Shown: positions 1 to 15,000 of the stretch, in pieces | Layout of the letters: every line of letters starts with the position of its first letter | Numbering within the stretch: position 1 is the stretch's first letter | DNA from: Eledone cirrhosa | Taxonomy: Eukaryota | NCBI GenBank assembly: GCA_964016885.1 | Contig: OZ024745.1 | Coordinates: forward strand, 5,084,001 to 5,148,000 | DNA: 64,000 bases | Reading direction: 5' to 3' | Notes under the pieces: model-generated | Databases searched by the model: none | Seen by the model: the letters and a program-made list of their open reading frames with translations, nothing else | What the model was told of the DNA's origin: nothing | Made by a program: the position numbers and the translations under genes

Positions 1-3000
1 CTTATCAAATTAGAACAAGTGGGGTGGAACTTATCAAATTAGACCAAGTGGGGTGGAACTTATCAAATTAGGCCAAGTGGGTGGAGCTTTTCAAATTAGA
101 CCAAGTGTGGTGGATCTTATCAAATTAGACCAAGTGGGGTGGAACTTATCAAATTAGACCGAGTGGGGTGGAACTTATCAAATTAGACCAAGTGGGGTGG
201 AACTTATCAAATTAGACCGAGTGGGTTGGAACTTATCAAATTAGACCGAGTGGGGTGGAACTTATCAAATTAGACCAAGTGGGGTGGAACTTATCAAATT
301 AGAGTGAGTGGGTTGGAACTTATCAAATTAGACCAAGTGGGGTGGAACTTATCTAATTAGACCAAGTGGGGTCGAACTTATCAAATTAGACCTAGTGGGG
401 TGGAACTTATCAAATTAGACCAAGTGGGGTGCAACTTATCAAATTAGACCAAGTGGGGTGGAACTTATGAAATTAGACCAAGTGGGGTGGAACTTATCAA
501 ATTAGTCTGAGTGGGGTGGAACTTATCAAATTAGACTAAGTGGGGTGGAAATTATCAAATTAGACCAAGTGAGGTGGAACTTATCAAATTAGACCTAGTG
601 GGGTAGAACTTATCAAATTAGACCGAGTGGGGTGGAACTTATCAAATTAGACCGAGTGGGGTGGAACTTATCAAATTAGCCCTAGTGTGGTGGAATTTAT
701 CAAATTAGACCAAGTAGGGTGGAATTTATTAATTTTAGGCCGAGTGGGGTGGAACTTATCAAATTAGACCTAGTGGGGTGGATCTTATCAAATTAGACTT
801 AGTGGGGTGGAACTTATCAAATTAGACCAAGTGGGGTGGAAATTATCAAATTAGACCGAGTCGGGTGCAACTTATCAAATTAGACCTAGTGGGGTGGAAC
901 TTATCAAATTAGACCGAGTGGGGTGCAACTTATCAAATTAGACCGAGTGGGGTGCAACTTATCAAATTAGACCGAGTGGTGTGGAACTTATCAAATTAGA
1001 CCAAGTGGGGTGGAACTTATCAAATTAGACCGAGTGGGGTGGAACTTATCAAATTAGACCGAGTGGGGTGGAACTTATCAAATTAGACCGAGTGGGGTGG
1101 AACTTATCAAATTAGACCGAGTGGGGTGGAACTTATCAACTTAGACCAAGTGGGGTGGAACTTATCAAATTAGAGTGAGTGGGTTGGAACTTATCAAATT
1201 AGACCAAGTGGGGTGGAACTTATCAAATTAGAACAAGTGGGGTGGAACTTATCAAATTAGACCAAGTGGGGTGGAACTTATCAAATTAGGCCAAGTGGGT
1301 GGAGCTTTTCAAATTAGACCAAGTGTGGTGGATCTTATCAAATTAGACCAAGTGGGGTGGAACTTATCAAATTAGACCGAGTGGGGTGGAACTTATCAAA
1401 TTAGACCAAGTGGGGTGGAACTTATCAAATTAGACCGAGTGGGGTGGAACTTATCAAATTAGACCGAGTGGGGTGGAACTTATCAAATTAGACCAAGTGG
1501 GGTGGAACTTATCAAATTAGAGTGAGTGGGTTGGAACTTATCAAATTAGACCAAGTGGGGTGGAACTTATCTAATTAGACCAAGTGGGGTCGAACTTATC
1601 AAATTAGACCTTGTGGGGTGGAACTTATCAAATTAGACCAAGTGGGGTGGAACTTATCAAATTAGACCAAGTGGGGTGGAACTTATCAAATTAAACCAAG
1701 TGGGGTGGAACTTATCAAATTAGACCAAGTGGGGTGGAACTTATCAAGTTAGACCTAGTGGGGTGGAACTTATCAAATTAGACCAAGTGGGGTGGAACTT
1801 ATCAAATTAGACCAAGTGGGGTGGAACTTATGAAATTAGACCAAGTGGGGTGGAACTTATCAAATTAGACTGAGTGGGGTGGAACTTATCAAATTAGACT
1901 AAGTGGGGTGGAAATTATCAAATTAGACCAAGTGGGGTGGAACTTATCAAATTAGACCTAGTGGGGTAGAACTTATCAAATTAGACCGAGTGGGGTGGAA
2001 CTTATCAAATTAGCCCTAGTGTGGTGGAATTTATCAAATTAGACCAAGTAGGGTGGAATTTATTAATTTTAGGCCGAGTGGGGTGGAACTTATCAAATTA
2101 GACCTAGTGGGGTGGATCTTATCAAATTAGACTTAGTGGGGTGAAACTTATCAAATTAGACCGAGTGGGGTGGAACTTATCAAATTAGACCAAGTTGGGT
2201 GGAACTTATTACATTAGACCGAGTGGGGTGGAACTTATCAAATTAGACCAAGTGGGGTGGAACTTATCAAATTAGACCGAGTGGGGTGGAACTTATCAAA
2301 TTAGACCGAGTGGGGTGGAACTTATCAAATTAGACCAAGTGGGGTGGAACTTATCAAATTAGAGTGAGTGGGTTGGAACTTATCAAATTAGACCAAGTGG
2401 GGTGGAACTTATCTAATTAGACCAAGTGGGGTCGAACTTATCAAATTAGACCTTGTGGGGTGGAACTTATCAAATTAGACCAAGTGGGGTGGAACTTATC
2501 AAATTAAACCAAGTGGGGTGGAACTTATCAAATTAGACCGAGTCGGGTGCAACTTATCAAATTAGACCTAGTGGGGTGGAACTTATCAAATTAGACCTAG
2601 TGGGGTGGAACTTATCAAATTAGACCAAGTTGGGTGGAACTTATCAAATTAGACCGAGTGGGGTGCAACTTATCAAATTAGACCGAGTGGGGTGCAACTT
2701 ATCAAATTAGACCGAGTGGTGTGGAACTTATCAAATTAGACCGAGTGGAGTGGAACTTATCAAATTAGACCAAGTGGGGTGGAACTTATCAAATTAGACC
2801 AAGTGGGGTGGAACTTATCAAATTAGACCGAGTGTGGTGGAACTTATCAAATTAGAACAAGTGGGGTGGAACTTATCAAATTAGACCAAGTGGGGTGGAA
2901 CTTATCAAATTAGAGTGAGTGGGTTGGAACTTATCAAATTAGACCAAGTGGGGTGGAACTTATCAAATTAGAACAAGTGGGGTGGAACTTATCAAATTAG

Positions 3001-6000
3001 ACCAAGTGGGGTGGAACTTATCAAATTAGGCCAAGTGGGGTGGAACTTTTCAAATTAGACCAAGTGTGGTGGATCTTATCAAATTAGACCAAGTGGGGTG
3101 GAACTTATCAAATTAGACCGAGTGGGGTGGAACTTATCAAATTGGACCAAGTGGGGTGGAACTTATCAAATTAGACCGAGTGGGGTGGAACTTATCAAAT
3201 TAGACCGAGTGGGGTGGAACTTATCAAATTAGACCAAGTGGGGTGGAACTTATCAAATTAGAGTGAGTGGGTTGGAACTTATCAAATTAGACCAAGTGGG
3301 GTGGAACTTATCTAATTAGACCAAGTGGGGTCGAACTTATCAAATTAGACCTTGTGGGGTGGAACTTATCAAATTAGACCAAGTGGGGTGGAACTTATCA
3401 AATTAGACCAAGTGGGGTGGAACTTATCAAATTAAACCAAGTGGGGTGGAACTTATCAAATTAGTCCAAGTTGGGTGGAACTTATGAAATTAGGCCAAGT
3501 TGGGTAGAACTTATCAAATTAGACCGAGTGGTGTGGAACTTATCAAATTAGACCAAGTGGGGTGGAACTTATCAAATTAGACCGAGTGGGGTGGAACTTA
3601 TCAAATTAGACCGAGTGAGGTGGAACTTATCAAATTAGTCCAAGTGGGGTGGAACTTATCAAATTAGAGTGAGTGGGTTGGAACTTAGCAAATTAGACCA
3701 AGTGGGGTGGAACTTATCAAATTAGAACAAGTGGGGTGGAACTTATCAAATTAGACCAAGTGGGGTGGAACTTATCAAATTAGGCCAAGTGGGGTGGAGC
3801 TTTTCAAATTAGACCAAGTGTGGTGGATCTTATCAAATTAGACCAAGTGGGGTGGAACTTATTACATTAGACCGAGTGGGGTGGAACTTATCAAATTAGA
3901 CCAAGTGGGGTGGAACTTATCAAATTAGACCGAGTGGGGTGGAACTTATCAAATTAGACCGAGTGGGGTGGAACTTATCAAATTAGACCAAGTGGGGTGG
4001 AACTTATCAAATTAGAGTGAGTGGGTTGGAACTTATCAAATTAGACCAAGTGGGGTGGAACTTATCTAATTAGACCAAGTGGGGTCGAACTTATCAAATT
4101 AGACCTTGTGGGGTGGAACTTATCAAATTAGACCAAGTGGGGTGGAACTTATCAAATTAAACCAAGTGGGGTGGAACTTATCAAATTAGACCAAGTGGGG
4201 TGGAACTTATCAAATTAGACCTAGTGGGGTGGAACTTATCAAATTAGACCAAGTGGGGTGGAACTTATCAAATTAGACCTTGTGAGGTGGAACTTATGAA
4301 ATTAGACCAAGTGGGGTGGAACTTATCAAATTAGACCAAGTGGGGTGGAACTTATCAAATTAGACCAAGTGGGGTGGAACTTATCAAATTAGACTGAGTG
4401 GGGTGGAACTTATCAAATTAGACTAAGTGGGGTGGAAATTATCAAATTAGACCAAGTGGGGTGGAAATTATCAAATTAGACCAAGTGTGGTGGATCTTAT
4501 CAAATTAGACCGACTGGGGTGGAACTTATCAATTTAGACCAAGTGGGGTGGAACTTATCAAATTAGACCAAGTGGGGTGGAGCTTATCAAATTAGACCAA
4601 GTGTGGTGGATCTTATCAAATTAGACCAAGTGTGGTTGAACTTATCAAATTAGACCAAGTTGGGTGGAACTTATCAAATTAGACCTAGTGAGGTGGAACT
4701 TATCAAATTAGACCAAATGGGGTGGAACTTATCAAATTAGACTGAGTGTGGTGGAACTTATTAAATTAGACCAAGTGGGGTGGAACTTATCAAATTAGAC
4801 CGAGTGGTGTGGAACTTATCAAATTAGACCAAGTGGGGTGGAACTTATCAAATTAGACCTAGTGGGGTGGAACTTATCAAATTAGACCAAGTGGGGTGGA
4901 ACTTATCAAATTAGACTGAGTGGGGTGGAACTTATCAAATTAGACCAAGTGGGGTGGAAATTATCAAATTAGACCAAGTGGGGTGGAACTTATTAAATTA
5001 GACCAAGTATGGTCGAACTTATCAAATTAGAGTATCTGTGGTGGAACTTATCAAATTAGACCAAGTGGGGTGGAACTTATCAAATTAGAACAAGTGGGGT
5101 GGAACTTATCAAATTAGACCAAGTGGGGTGGAACTTATCAAATTAGGCCAAGTGGGTGGAGCTTTTCAAATTAGACCAAGTGTGGTGGATCTTATCAAAT
5201 TAGACCAAGTGGGGTGGAACTTATCAAATTAGACCGAGTGGGGTGGAACTTATCAAATTAGACCAAGTGGGGTGGAACTTATCAAATTAGACCGAGTGGG
5301 TTGGAACTTATCAAATTAGACCGAGTGGGGTGGAACTTATCAAATTAGACCAAGTGGGGTGGAACTTATCAAATTAGAGTGAGTGGGTTGGAACTTATCA
5401 AATTAGACCAAGTGGGGTGGAACTTATCTAATTAGACCAAGTGGGGTCGAACTTATCAAATTAGACCTAGTGGGGTGGAACTTATCAAATTAGACCAAGT
5501 GGGGTGCAACTTATCAAATTAGACCAAGTGGGGTGGAACTTATGAAATTAGACCAAGTGGGGTGGAACTTATCAAATTAGTCTGAGTGGGGTGGAACTTA
5601 TCAAATTAGACTAAGTGGGGTGGAAATTATCAAATTAGACCAAGTGAGGTGGAACTTATCAAATTAGACCTAGTGGGGTAGAACTTATCAAATTAGACCG
5701 AGTGGGGTGGAACTTATCAAATTAGACCGAGTGGGGTGGAACTTATCAAATTAGCCCTAGTGTGGTGGAATTTATCAAATTAGACCAAGTAGGGTGGAAT
5801 TTATTAATTTTAGGCCGAGTGGGGTGGAACTTATCAAATTAGACCTAGTGGGGTGGATCTTATCAAATTAGACTTAGTGGGGTGGAACTTATCAAATTAG
5901 ACCAAGTGGGGTGGAAATTATCAAATTAGACCGAGTCGGGTGCAACTTATCAAATTAGACCTAGTGGGGTGGATCTTATCAAATTAGACCGAGTGGGGTG

Positions 6001-9000
6001 CAACTTATCAAATTAGACCGAGTGGGGTGCAACTTATCAAATTAGACCGAGTGGTGTGGAACTTATCAAATTAGACCAAGTGGGGTGGAACTTATCAAAT
6101 TAGACCGAGTGGGGTGGAACTTATCAAATTAGACCGAGTGGGGTGGAACTTATCAAATTAGACCGAGTGGGGTGGAACTTATCAAATTAGACCGAGTGGG
6201 GTGGAACTTATCAACTTAGACCAAGTGGGGTGGAACTTATCAAATTAGAGTGAGTGGGTTGGAACTTATCAAATTAGACCAAGTGGGGTGGAACTTATCA
6301 AATTAGAACAAGTGGGGTGGAACTTATCAAATTAGACCAAGTGGGGTGGAACTTATCAAATTAGGCCAAGTGGGTGGAGCTTTTCAAATTAGACCAAGTG
6401 TGGTGGATCTTATCAAATTAGACCAAGTGGGGTGGAACTTATCAAATTAGACCGAGTGGGGTGGAACTTATCAAATTAGACCAAGTGGGGTGGAACTTAT
6501 CAAATTAGACCGAGTGGGGTGGAACTTATCAAATTAGACCGAGTGGGGTGGAACTTATCAAATTAGACCAAGTGGGGTGGAACTTATCAAATTAGAGTGA
6601 GTGGGTTGGAACTTATCAAATTAGACCAAGTGGGGTGGAACTTATCTAATTAGACCAAGTGGGGTCGAACTTATCAAATTAGACCTTGTGGGGTGGAACT
6701 TATCAAATTAGACCAAGTGGGGTGGAACTTATCAAATTAGACCAAGTGGGGTGGAACTTATCAAATTAAACCAAGTGGGGTGGAACTTATCAAATTAGAC
6801 CAAGTGGGGTGGAACTTATCAAGTTAGACCTAGTGGGGTGGAACTTATCAAATTAGACCAAGTGGGGTGGAACTTATCAAATTAGACCAAGTGGGGTGGA
6901 ACTTATGAAATTAGACCAAGTGGGGTGGAACTTATCAAATTAGACTGAGTGGGGTGGAACTTATCAAATTAGACTAAGTGGGGTGGAAATTATCAAATTA
7001 GACCAAGTGGGGTGGAACTTATCAAATTAGACCTAGTGGGGTAGAACTTATCAAATTAGACCGAGTGGGGTGGAACTTATCAAATTAGCCCTAGTGTGGT
7101 GGAATTTATCAAATTAGACCAAGTAGGGTGGAATTTATTAATTTTAGGCCGAGTGGGGTGGAACTTATCAAATTAGACCTAGTGGGGTGGATCTTATCAA
7201 ATTAGACTTAGTGGGGTGAAACTTATCAAATTAGACCGAGTGGGGTGGAACTTATCAAATTAGACCAAGTTGGGTGGAACTTATCAAATTAGACCGAGTC
7301 GGGTGCAACTTATCAAATTAGACCTAGTGGGGTGGAACTTATCAAATTAGACCTAGTGGGGTGGAACTTATCAAATTAGACCAAGTTGGGTGGAACTTAT
7401 CAAATTAGACCGAGTGGGGTGCAACTTATCAAATTAGACCGAGTGGGGTGCAACTTATCAAATTAGACCGAGTGGTGTGGAACTTATCAAATTAGACCGA
7501 GTGGAGTGGAACTTATCAAATTAGACCAAGTGGGGTGGAACTTATCAAATTAGACCAAGTGGGGTGGAACTTATCAAATTAGACCGAGTGTGGTGGAACT
7601 TATCAAATTAGAACAAGTGGGGTGGAACTTATCAAATTAGACCAAGTGGGGTGGAACTTATCAAATTAGAGTGAGTGGGTTGGAACTTATCAAATTAGAC
7701 CAAGTGGGGTGGAACTTATCAAATTAGAACAAGTGGGGTGCAACTTATCAAATTAGACCAAGTGGGGTGGAACTTATCAAATTAGGCCAAGTGGGGTGGA
7801 ACTTTTCAAATTAGACCAAGTGTGGTGGATCTTATCAAATTAGACCAAGTGGGGTGGAACTTATCAAATTAGACCGAGTGGGGTGGAACTTATCAAATTG
7901 GACCAAGTGGGGTGGAACTTATCAAATTAGACCGAGTGGGGTGGAACTTATCAAATTAGACCGAGTGGGGTGGAACTTATCAAATTAGACCAAGTGGGGT
8001 GGAACTTATCAAATTAGAGTGAGTGGGTTGGAACTTATCAAATTAGACCAAGTGGGGTGGAACTTATCTAATTAGACCAAGTGGGGTCGAACTTATCAAA
8101 TTAGACCTTGTGGGGTGGAACTTATCAAATTAGACCAAGTGGGGTGGAACTTATCAAATTAGACCAAGTGGGGTGGAACTTATCAAATTAAACCAAGTGG
8201 GGTGGAACTTATCAAATTAGTCCAAGTTGGGTGGAACTTATGAAATTAGGCCAAGTTGGGTAGAACTTATCAAATTAGACCGAGTGGTGTGGAACTTATC
8301 AAATTAGACCAAGTGGGGTGGAACTTATCAAATTAGACCGAGTGGGGTGGAACTTATCAAATTAGACCGAGTGAGGTGGAACTTATCAAATTAGTCCAAG
8401 TGGGGTGGAACTTATCAAATTAGAGTGAGTGGGTTGGAACTTAGCAAATTAGACCAAGTGGGGTGGAACTTATCAAATTAGAACAAGTGGGGTGGAACTT
8501 ATCAAATTAGACCAAGTGGGGTGGAACTTATCAAATTAGGCCAAGTGGGGTGGAGCTTTTCAAATTAGACCAAGTGTGGTGGATCTTATCAAATTAGACC
8601 AAGTGGGGTGGAACTTATTACATTAGACCGAGTGGGGTGGAACTTATCAAATTAGACCAAGTGGGGTGGAACTTATCAAATTAGACCGAGTGGGGTGGAA
8701 CTTATCAAATTAGACCGAGTGGGGTGGAACTTATCAAATTAGACCAAGTGGGGTGGAACTTATCAAATTAGAGTGAGTGGGTTGGAACTTATCAAATTAG
8801 ACCAAGTGGGGTGGAACTTATCTAATTAGACCAAGTGGGGTCGAACTTATCAAATTAGACCTTGTGGGGTGGAACTTATCAAATTAGACCAAGTGGGGTG
8901 GAACTTATCAAATTAAACCAAGTGGGGTGGAACTTATCAAATTAGACCAAGTGGGGTGGAACTTATCAAATTAGACCTAGTGGGGTGGAACTTATCAAAT

Positions 9001-12000
9001 TAGACCAAGTGGGGTGGAACTTATCAAATTAGACCTTGTGAGGTGGAACTTATGAAATTAGACCAAGTGGGGTGGAACTTATCAAATTAGACCAAGTGGG
9101 GTGGAACTTATCAAATTAGACCAAGTGGGGTGGAACTTATCAAATTAGACTGAGTGGGGTGGAACTTATCAAATTAGACTAAGTGGGGTGGAAATTATCA
9201 AATTAGACCAAGTGGGGTGGAAATTATCAAATTAGACCAAGTGTGGTGGATCTTATCAAATTAGACCGACTGGGGTGGAACTTATCAATTTAGACCAAGT
9301 GGGGTGGAACTTATCAAATTAGACCAAGTGGGGTGGAGCTTATCAAATTAGACCAAGTGTGGTGGATCTTATCAAATTAGACCAAGTGTGGTTGAACTTA
9401 TCAAATTAGACCAAGTTGGGTGGAACTTATCAAATTAGACCAAATGGGGTGGAACTTATCAAATTAGACTGAGTGTGGTGGAACTTATTAAATTAGACCA
9501 AGTGGGGTGGAACTTATCAAATTAGACCGAGTGGTGTGGAACTTATCAAATTAGACCAAGTGGGGTGGAACTTATCAAATTAGACCTAGTGGGGTGGAAC
9601 TTATCAAATTAGACCAAGTGGGGTGGAACTTATCAAATTAGACTGAGTGGGGTGGAACTTATCAAATTAGACCAAGTGGGGTGGAAATTATCAAATTAGA
9701 CCAAGTGGGGTGGAACTTATTAAATTAGACCAAGTATGGTCGAACTTATCAAATTAGAGTATCTGTGGTGGAACTTATCAAATTAGACCAAGTGGGGTGG
9801 AACTTATCAAATTAGAACAAGTGGGGTGGAACTTATCAAATTAGACCAAGTGGGGTGGAACTTATCAAATTAGGCCAAGTGGGTGGAGCTTTTCAAATTA
9901 GACCAAGTGTGGTGGATCTTATCAAATTAGACCAAGTGGGGTGGAACTTATCAAATTAGACCGAGTGGGGTGGAACTTATCAAATTAGACCAAGTGGGGT
10001 GGAACTTATCAAATTAGACCGAGTGGGTTGGAACTTATCAAATTAGACCGAGTGGGGTGGAACTTATCAAATTAGACCAAGTGGGGTGGAACTTATCAAA
10101 TTAGAGTGAGTGGGTTGGAACTTATCAAATTAGACCAAGTGGGGTGGAACTTATCTAATTAGACCAAGTGGGGTCGAACTTATCAAATTAGACCTAGTGG
10201 GGTGGAACTTATCAAATTAGACCAAGTGGGGTGCAACTTATCAAATTAGACCAAGTGGGGTGGAACTTATGAAATTAGACCAAGTGGGGTGGAACTTATC
10301 AAATTAGTCTGAGTGGGGTGGAACTTATCAAATTAGACTAAGTGGGGTGGAAATTATCAAATTAGACCAAGTGAGGTGGAACTTATCAAATTAGACCTAG
10401 TGGGGTAGAACTTATCAAATTAGACCGAGTGGGGTGGAACTTATCAAATTAGACCGAGTGGGGTGGAACTTATCAAATTAGCCCTAGTGTGGTGGAATTT
10501 ATCAAATTAGACCAAGTAGGGTGGAATTTATTAATTTTAGGCCGAGTGGGGTGGAACTTATCAAATTAGACCTAGTGGGGTGGATCTTATCAAATTAGAC
10601 TTAGTGGGGTGGAACTTATCAAATTAGACCAAGTGGGGTGGAAATTATCAAATTAGACCGAGTCGGGTGCAACTTATCAAATTAGACCTAGTGGGGTGGA
10701 ACTTATCAAATTAGACCGAGTGGGGTGCAACTTATCAAATTAGACCGAGTGGGGTGCAACTTATCAAATTAGACCGAGTGGTGTGGAACTTATCAAATTA
10801 GACCAAGTGGGGTGGAACTTATCAAATTAGACCGAGTGGGGTGGAACTTATCAAATTAGACCGAGTGGGGTGGAACTTATCAAATTAGACCGAGTGGGGT
10901 GGAACTTATCAAATTAGACCGAGTGGGGTGGAACTTATCAACTTAGACCAAGTGGGGTGGAACTTATCAAATTAGAGTGAGTGGGTTGGAACTTATCAAA
11001 TTAGACCAAGTGGGGTGGAACTTATCAAATTAGAACAAGTGGGGTGGAACTTATCAAATTAGACCAAGTGGGGTGGAACTTATCAAATTAGGCCAAGTGG
11101 GTGGAGCTTTTCAAATTAGACCAAGTGTGGTGGATCTTATCAAATTAGACCAAGTGGGGTGGAACTTATCAAATTAGACCGAGTGGGGTGGAACTTATCA
11201 AATTAGACCAAGTGGGGTGGAACTTATCAAATTAGACCGAGTGGGGTGGAACTTATCAAATTAGACCGAGTGGGGTGGAACTTATCAAATTAGACCAAGT
11301 GGGGTGGAACTTATCAAATTAGAGTGAGTGGGTTGGAACTTATCAAATTAGACCAAGTGGGGTGGAACTTATCTAATTAGACCAAGTGGGGTCGAACTTA
11401 TCAAATTAGACCTTGTGGGGTGGAACTTATCAAATTAGACCAAGTGGGGTGGAACTTATCAAATTAGACCAAGTGGGGTGGAACTTATCAAATTAAACCA
11501 AGTGGGGTGGAACTTATCAAATTAGACCAAGTGGGGTGGAACTTATCAAGTTAGACCTAGTGGGGTGGAACTTATCAAATTAGACCAAGTGGGGTGGAAC
11601 TTATCAAATTAGACCAAGTGGGGTGGAACTTATGAAATTAGACCAAGTGGGGTGGAACTTATCAAATTAGACTGAGTGGGGTGGAACTTATCAAATTAGA
11701 CTAAGTGGGGTGGAAATTATCAAATTAGACCAAGTGGGGTGGAACTTATCAAATTAGACCTAGTGGGGTAGAACTTATCAAATTAGACCGAGTGGGGTGG
11801 AACTTATCAAATTAGACCTAGTGGGGTAGAACTTATCAAATTAGACTGAGTGGGGTGGAACTTATCAAATTAGACCAAGTGGGGTGGAAATTATCAAATT
11901 AGACCAAGTGGGGTGGAACTTATTAAATTAGACCAAGTATGGTCGAACTTATCAAATTAGAGTATCTGTGGTGGAACTTATCAAATTAGACCAAGTGGGG

Positions 12001-15000
12001 TGGAACTTATCAAATTAGAACAAGTGGGGTGGAACTTATCAAATTAGACCAAGTGGGGTGGAACTTATCAAATTAGGCCAAGTGGGTGGAGCTTTTCAAA
12101 TTAGACCAAGTGTGGTGGATCTTATCAAATTAGACCAAGTGGGGTGGAACTTATCAAATTAGACCGAGTGGGGTGGAACTTATCAAATTAGACCAAGTGG
12201 GGTGGAACTTATCAAATTAGACCGAGTGGGTTGGAACTTATCAAATTAGACCGAGTGGGGTGGAACTTATCAAATTAGACCAAGTGGGGTGGAACTTATC
12301 AAATTAGAGTGAGTGGGTTGGAACTTATCAAATTAGACCAAGTGGGGTGGAACTTATCTAATTAGACCAAGTGGGGTCGAACTTATCAAATTAGACCTAG
12401 TGGGGTGGAACTTATCAAATTAGACCAAGTGGGGTGCAACTTATCAAATTAGACCAAGTGGGGTGGAACTTATGAAATTAGACCAAGTGGGGTGGAACTT
12501 ATCAAATTAGTCTGAGTGGGGTGGAACTTATCAAATTAGACTAAGTGGGGTGGAAATTATCAAATTAGACCAAGTGAGGTGGAACTTATCAAATTAGACC
12601 TAGTGGGGTAGAACTTATCAAATTAGACCGAGTGGGGTGGAACTTATCAAATTAGACCGAGTGGGGTGGAACTTATCAAATTAGCCCTAGTGTGGTGGAA
12701 TTTATCAAATTAGACCAAGTAGGGTGGAATTTATTAATTTTAGGCCGAGTGGGGTGGAACTTATCAAATTAGACCTAGTGGGGTGGATCTTATCAAATTA
12801 GACTTAGTGGGGTGGAACTTATCAAATTAGACCAAGTGGGGTGGAAATTATCAAATTAGACCGAGTCGGGTGCAACTTATCAAATTAGACCTAGTGGGGT
12901 GGAACTTATCAAATTAGACCGAGTGGGGTGCAACTTATCAAATTAGACCGAGTGGGGTGCAACTTATCAAATTAGACCGAGTGGTGTGGAACTTATCAAA
13001 TTAGACCAAGTGGGGTGGAACTTATCAAATTAGACCGAGTGGGGTGGAACTTATCAAATTAGACCGAGTGGGGTGGAACTTATCAAATTAGACCGAGTGG
13101 GGTGGAACTTATCAAATTAGACCGAGTGGGGTGGAACTTATCAACTTAGACCAAGTGGGGTGGAACTTATCAAATTAGAGTGAGTGGGTTGGAACTTATC
13201 AAATTAGACCAAGTGGGGTGGAACTTATCAAATTAGAACAAGTGGGGTGGAACTTATCAAATTAGACCAAGTGGGGTGGAACTTATCAAATTAGGCCAAG
13301 TGGGTGGAGCTTTTCAAATTAGACCAAGTGTGGTGGATCTTATCAAATTAGACCAAGTGGGGTGGAACTTATCAAATTAGACCGAGTGGGGTGGAACTTA
13401 TCAAATTAGACCAAGTGGGGTGGAACTTATCAAATTAGACCGAGTGGGGTGGAACTTATCAAATTAGACCGAGTGGGGTGGAACTTATCAAATTAGACCA
13501 AGTGGGGTGGAACTTATCAAATTAGAGTGAGTGGGTTGGAACTTATCAAATTAGACCAAGTGGGGTGGAACTTATCTAATTAGACCAAGTGGGGTCGAAC
13601 TTATCAAATTAGACCTTGTGGGGTGGAACTTATCAAATTAGACCAAGTGGGGTGGAACTTATCAAATTAGACCAAGTGGGGTGGAACTTATCAAATTAAA
13701 CCAAGTGGGGTGGAACTTATCAAATTAGACCAAGTGGGGTGGAACTTATCAAGTTAGACCTAGTGGGGTGGAACTTATCAAATTAGACCAAGTGGGGTGG
13801 AACTTATCAAATTAGACCAAGTGGGGTGGAACTTATGAAATTAGACCAAGTGGGGTGGAACTTATCAAATTAGACTGAGTGGGGTGGAACTTATCAAATT
13901 AGACTAAGTGGGGTGGAAATTATCAAATTAGACCAAGTGGGGTGGAACTTATCAAATTAGACCTAGTGGGGTAGAACTTATCAAATTAGACCGAGTGGGG
14001 TGGAACTTATCAAATTAGCCCTAGTGTGGTGGAATTTATCAAATTAGACCAAGTAGGGTGGAATTTATTAATTTTAGGCCGAGTGGGGTGGAACTTATCA
14101 AATTAGACCTAGTGGGGTGGATCTTATCAAATTAGACTTGGTGGGGTGAAACTTATCAAATTAGACCGAGTGGGGTGGAACTTATCAAATTAGACCAAGT
14201 TGGGTGGAACTTATCAAATTAGACCGAGTCGGGTGCAACTTATCAAATTAGACCTAGTGGGGTGGAACTTATCAAATTAGACCAAGTGGGGTGGAACTTA
14301 TCAAATTAGACCAAGTTGGGTGGAACTTATCAAATTAGACCGAGTGGGGTGCAACTTATCAAATTAGACCGAGTGGGGTGCAACTTATCAAATTAGACCG
14401 AGTGGTGTGGAACTTATCAAATTAGACCGAGTGGAGTGGAACTTATCAAATTAGACCAAGTGGGGTGGAACTTATCAAATTAGACCAAGTGGGGTGGAAC
14501 TTATCAAATTAGACCGAGTGTGGTGGAACTTATCAAATTAGAACAAGTGGGGTGGAACTTATCAAATTAGACCAAGTGGGGTGGAACTTATCAAATTAGA
14601 GTGAGTGGGTTGGAACTTATCAAATTAGACCAAGTGGGGTGGAACTTATCAAATTAGAACAAGTGGGGTGGAACTTATCAAATTAGACCAAGTGGGGTGG
14701 AACTTATCAAATTAGGCCAAGTGGGGTGGAACTTTTCAAATTAGACCAAGTGTGGTGGATCTTATCAAATTAGACCAAGTGGGGTGGAACTTATCAAATT
14801 AGACTGAGTGGGGTGGAACTTATCAAATTAGACTAAGTGGGGTGGAAATTATCAAATTAGACCAAGTGAGGTGGAACTTATCAAATTAGACCTAGTGGGG
14901 TAGAACTTATCAAATTAGACCGAGTGGGGTGGAACTTATCAAATTAGACCGAGTGGGGTGGAACTTATCAAATTAGCCCTAGTGTGGTGGAATTTATCAA

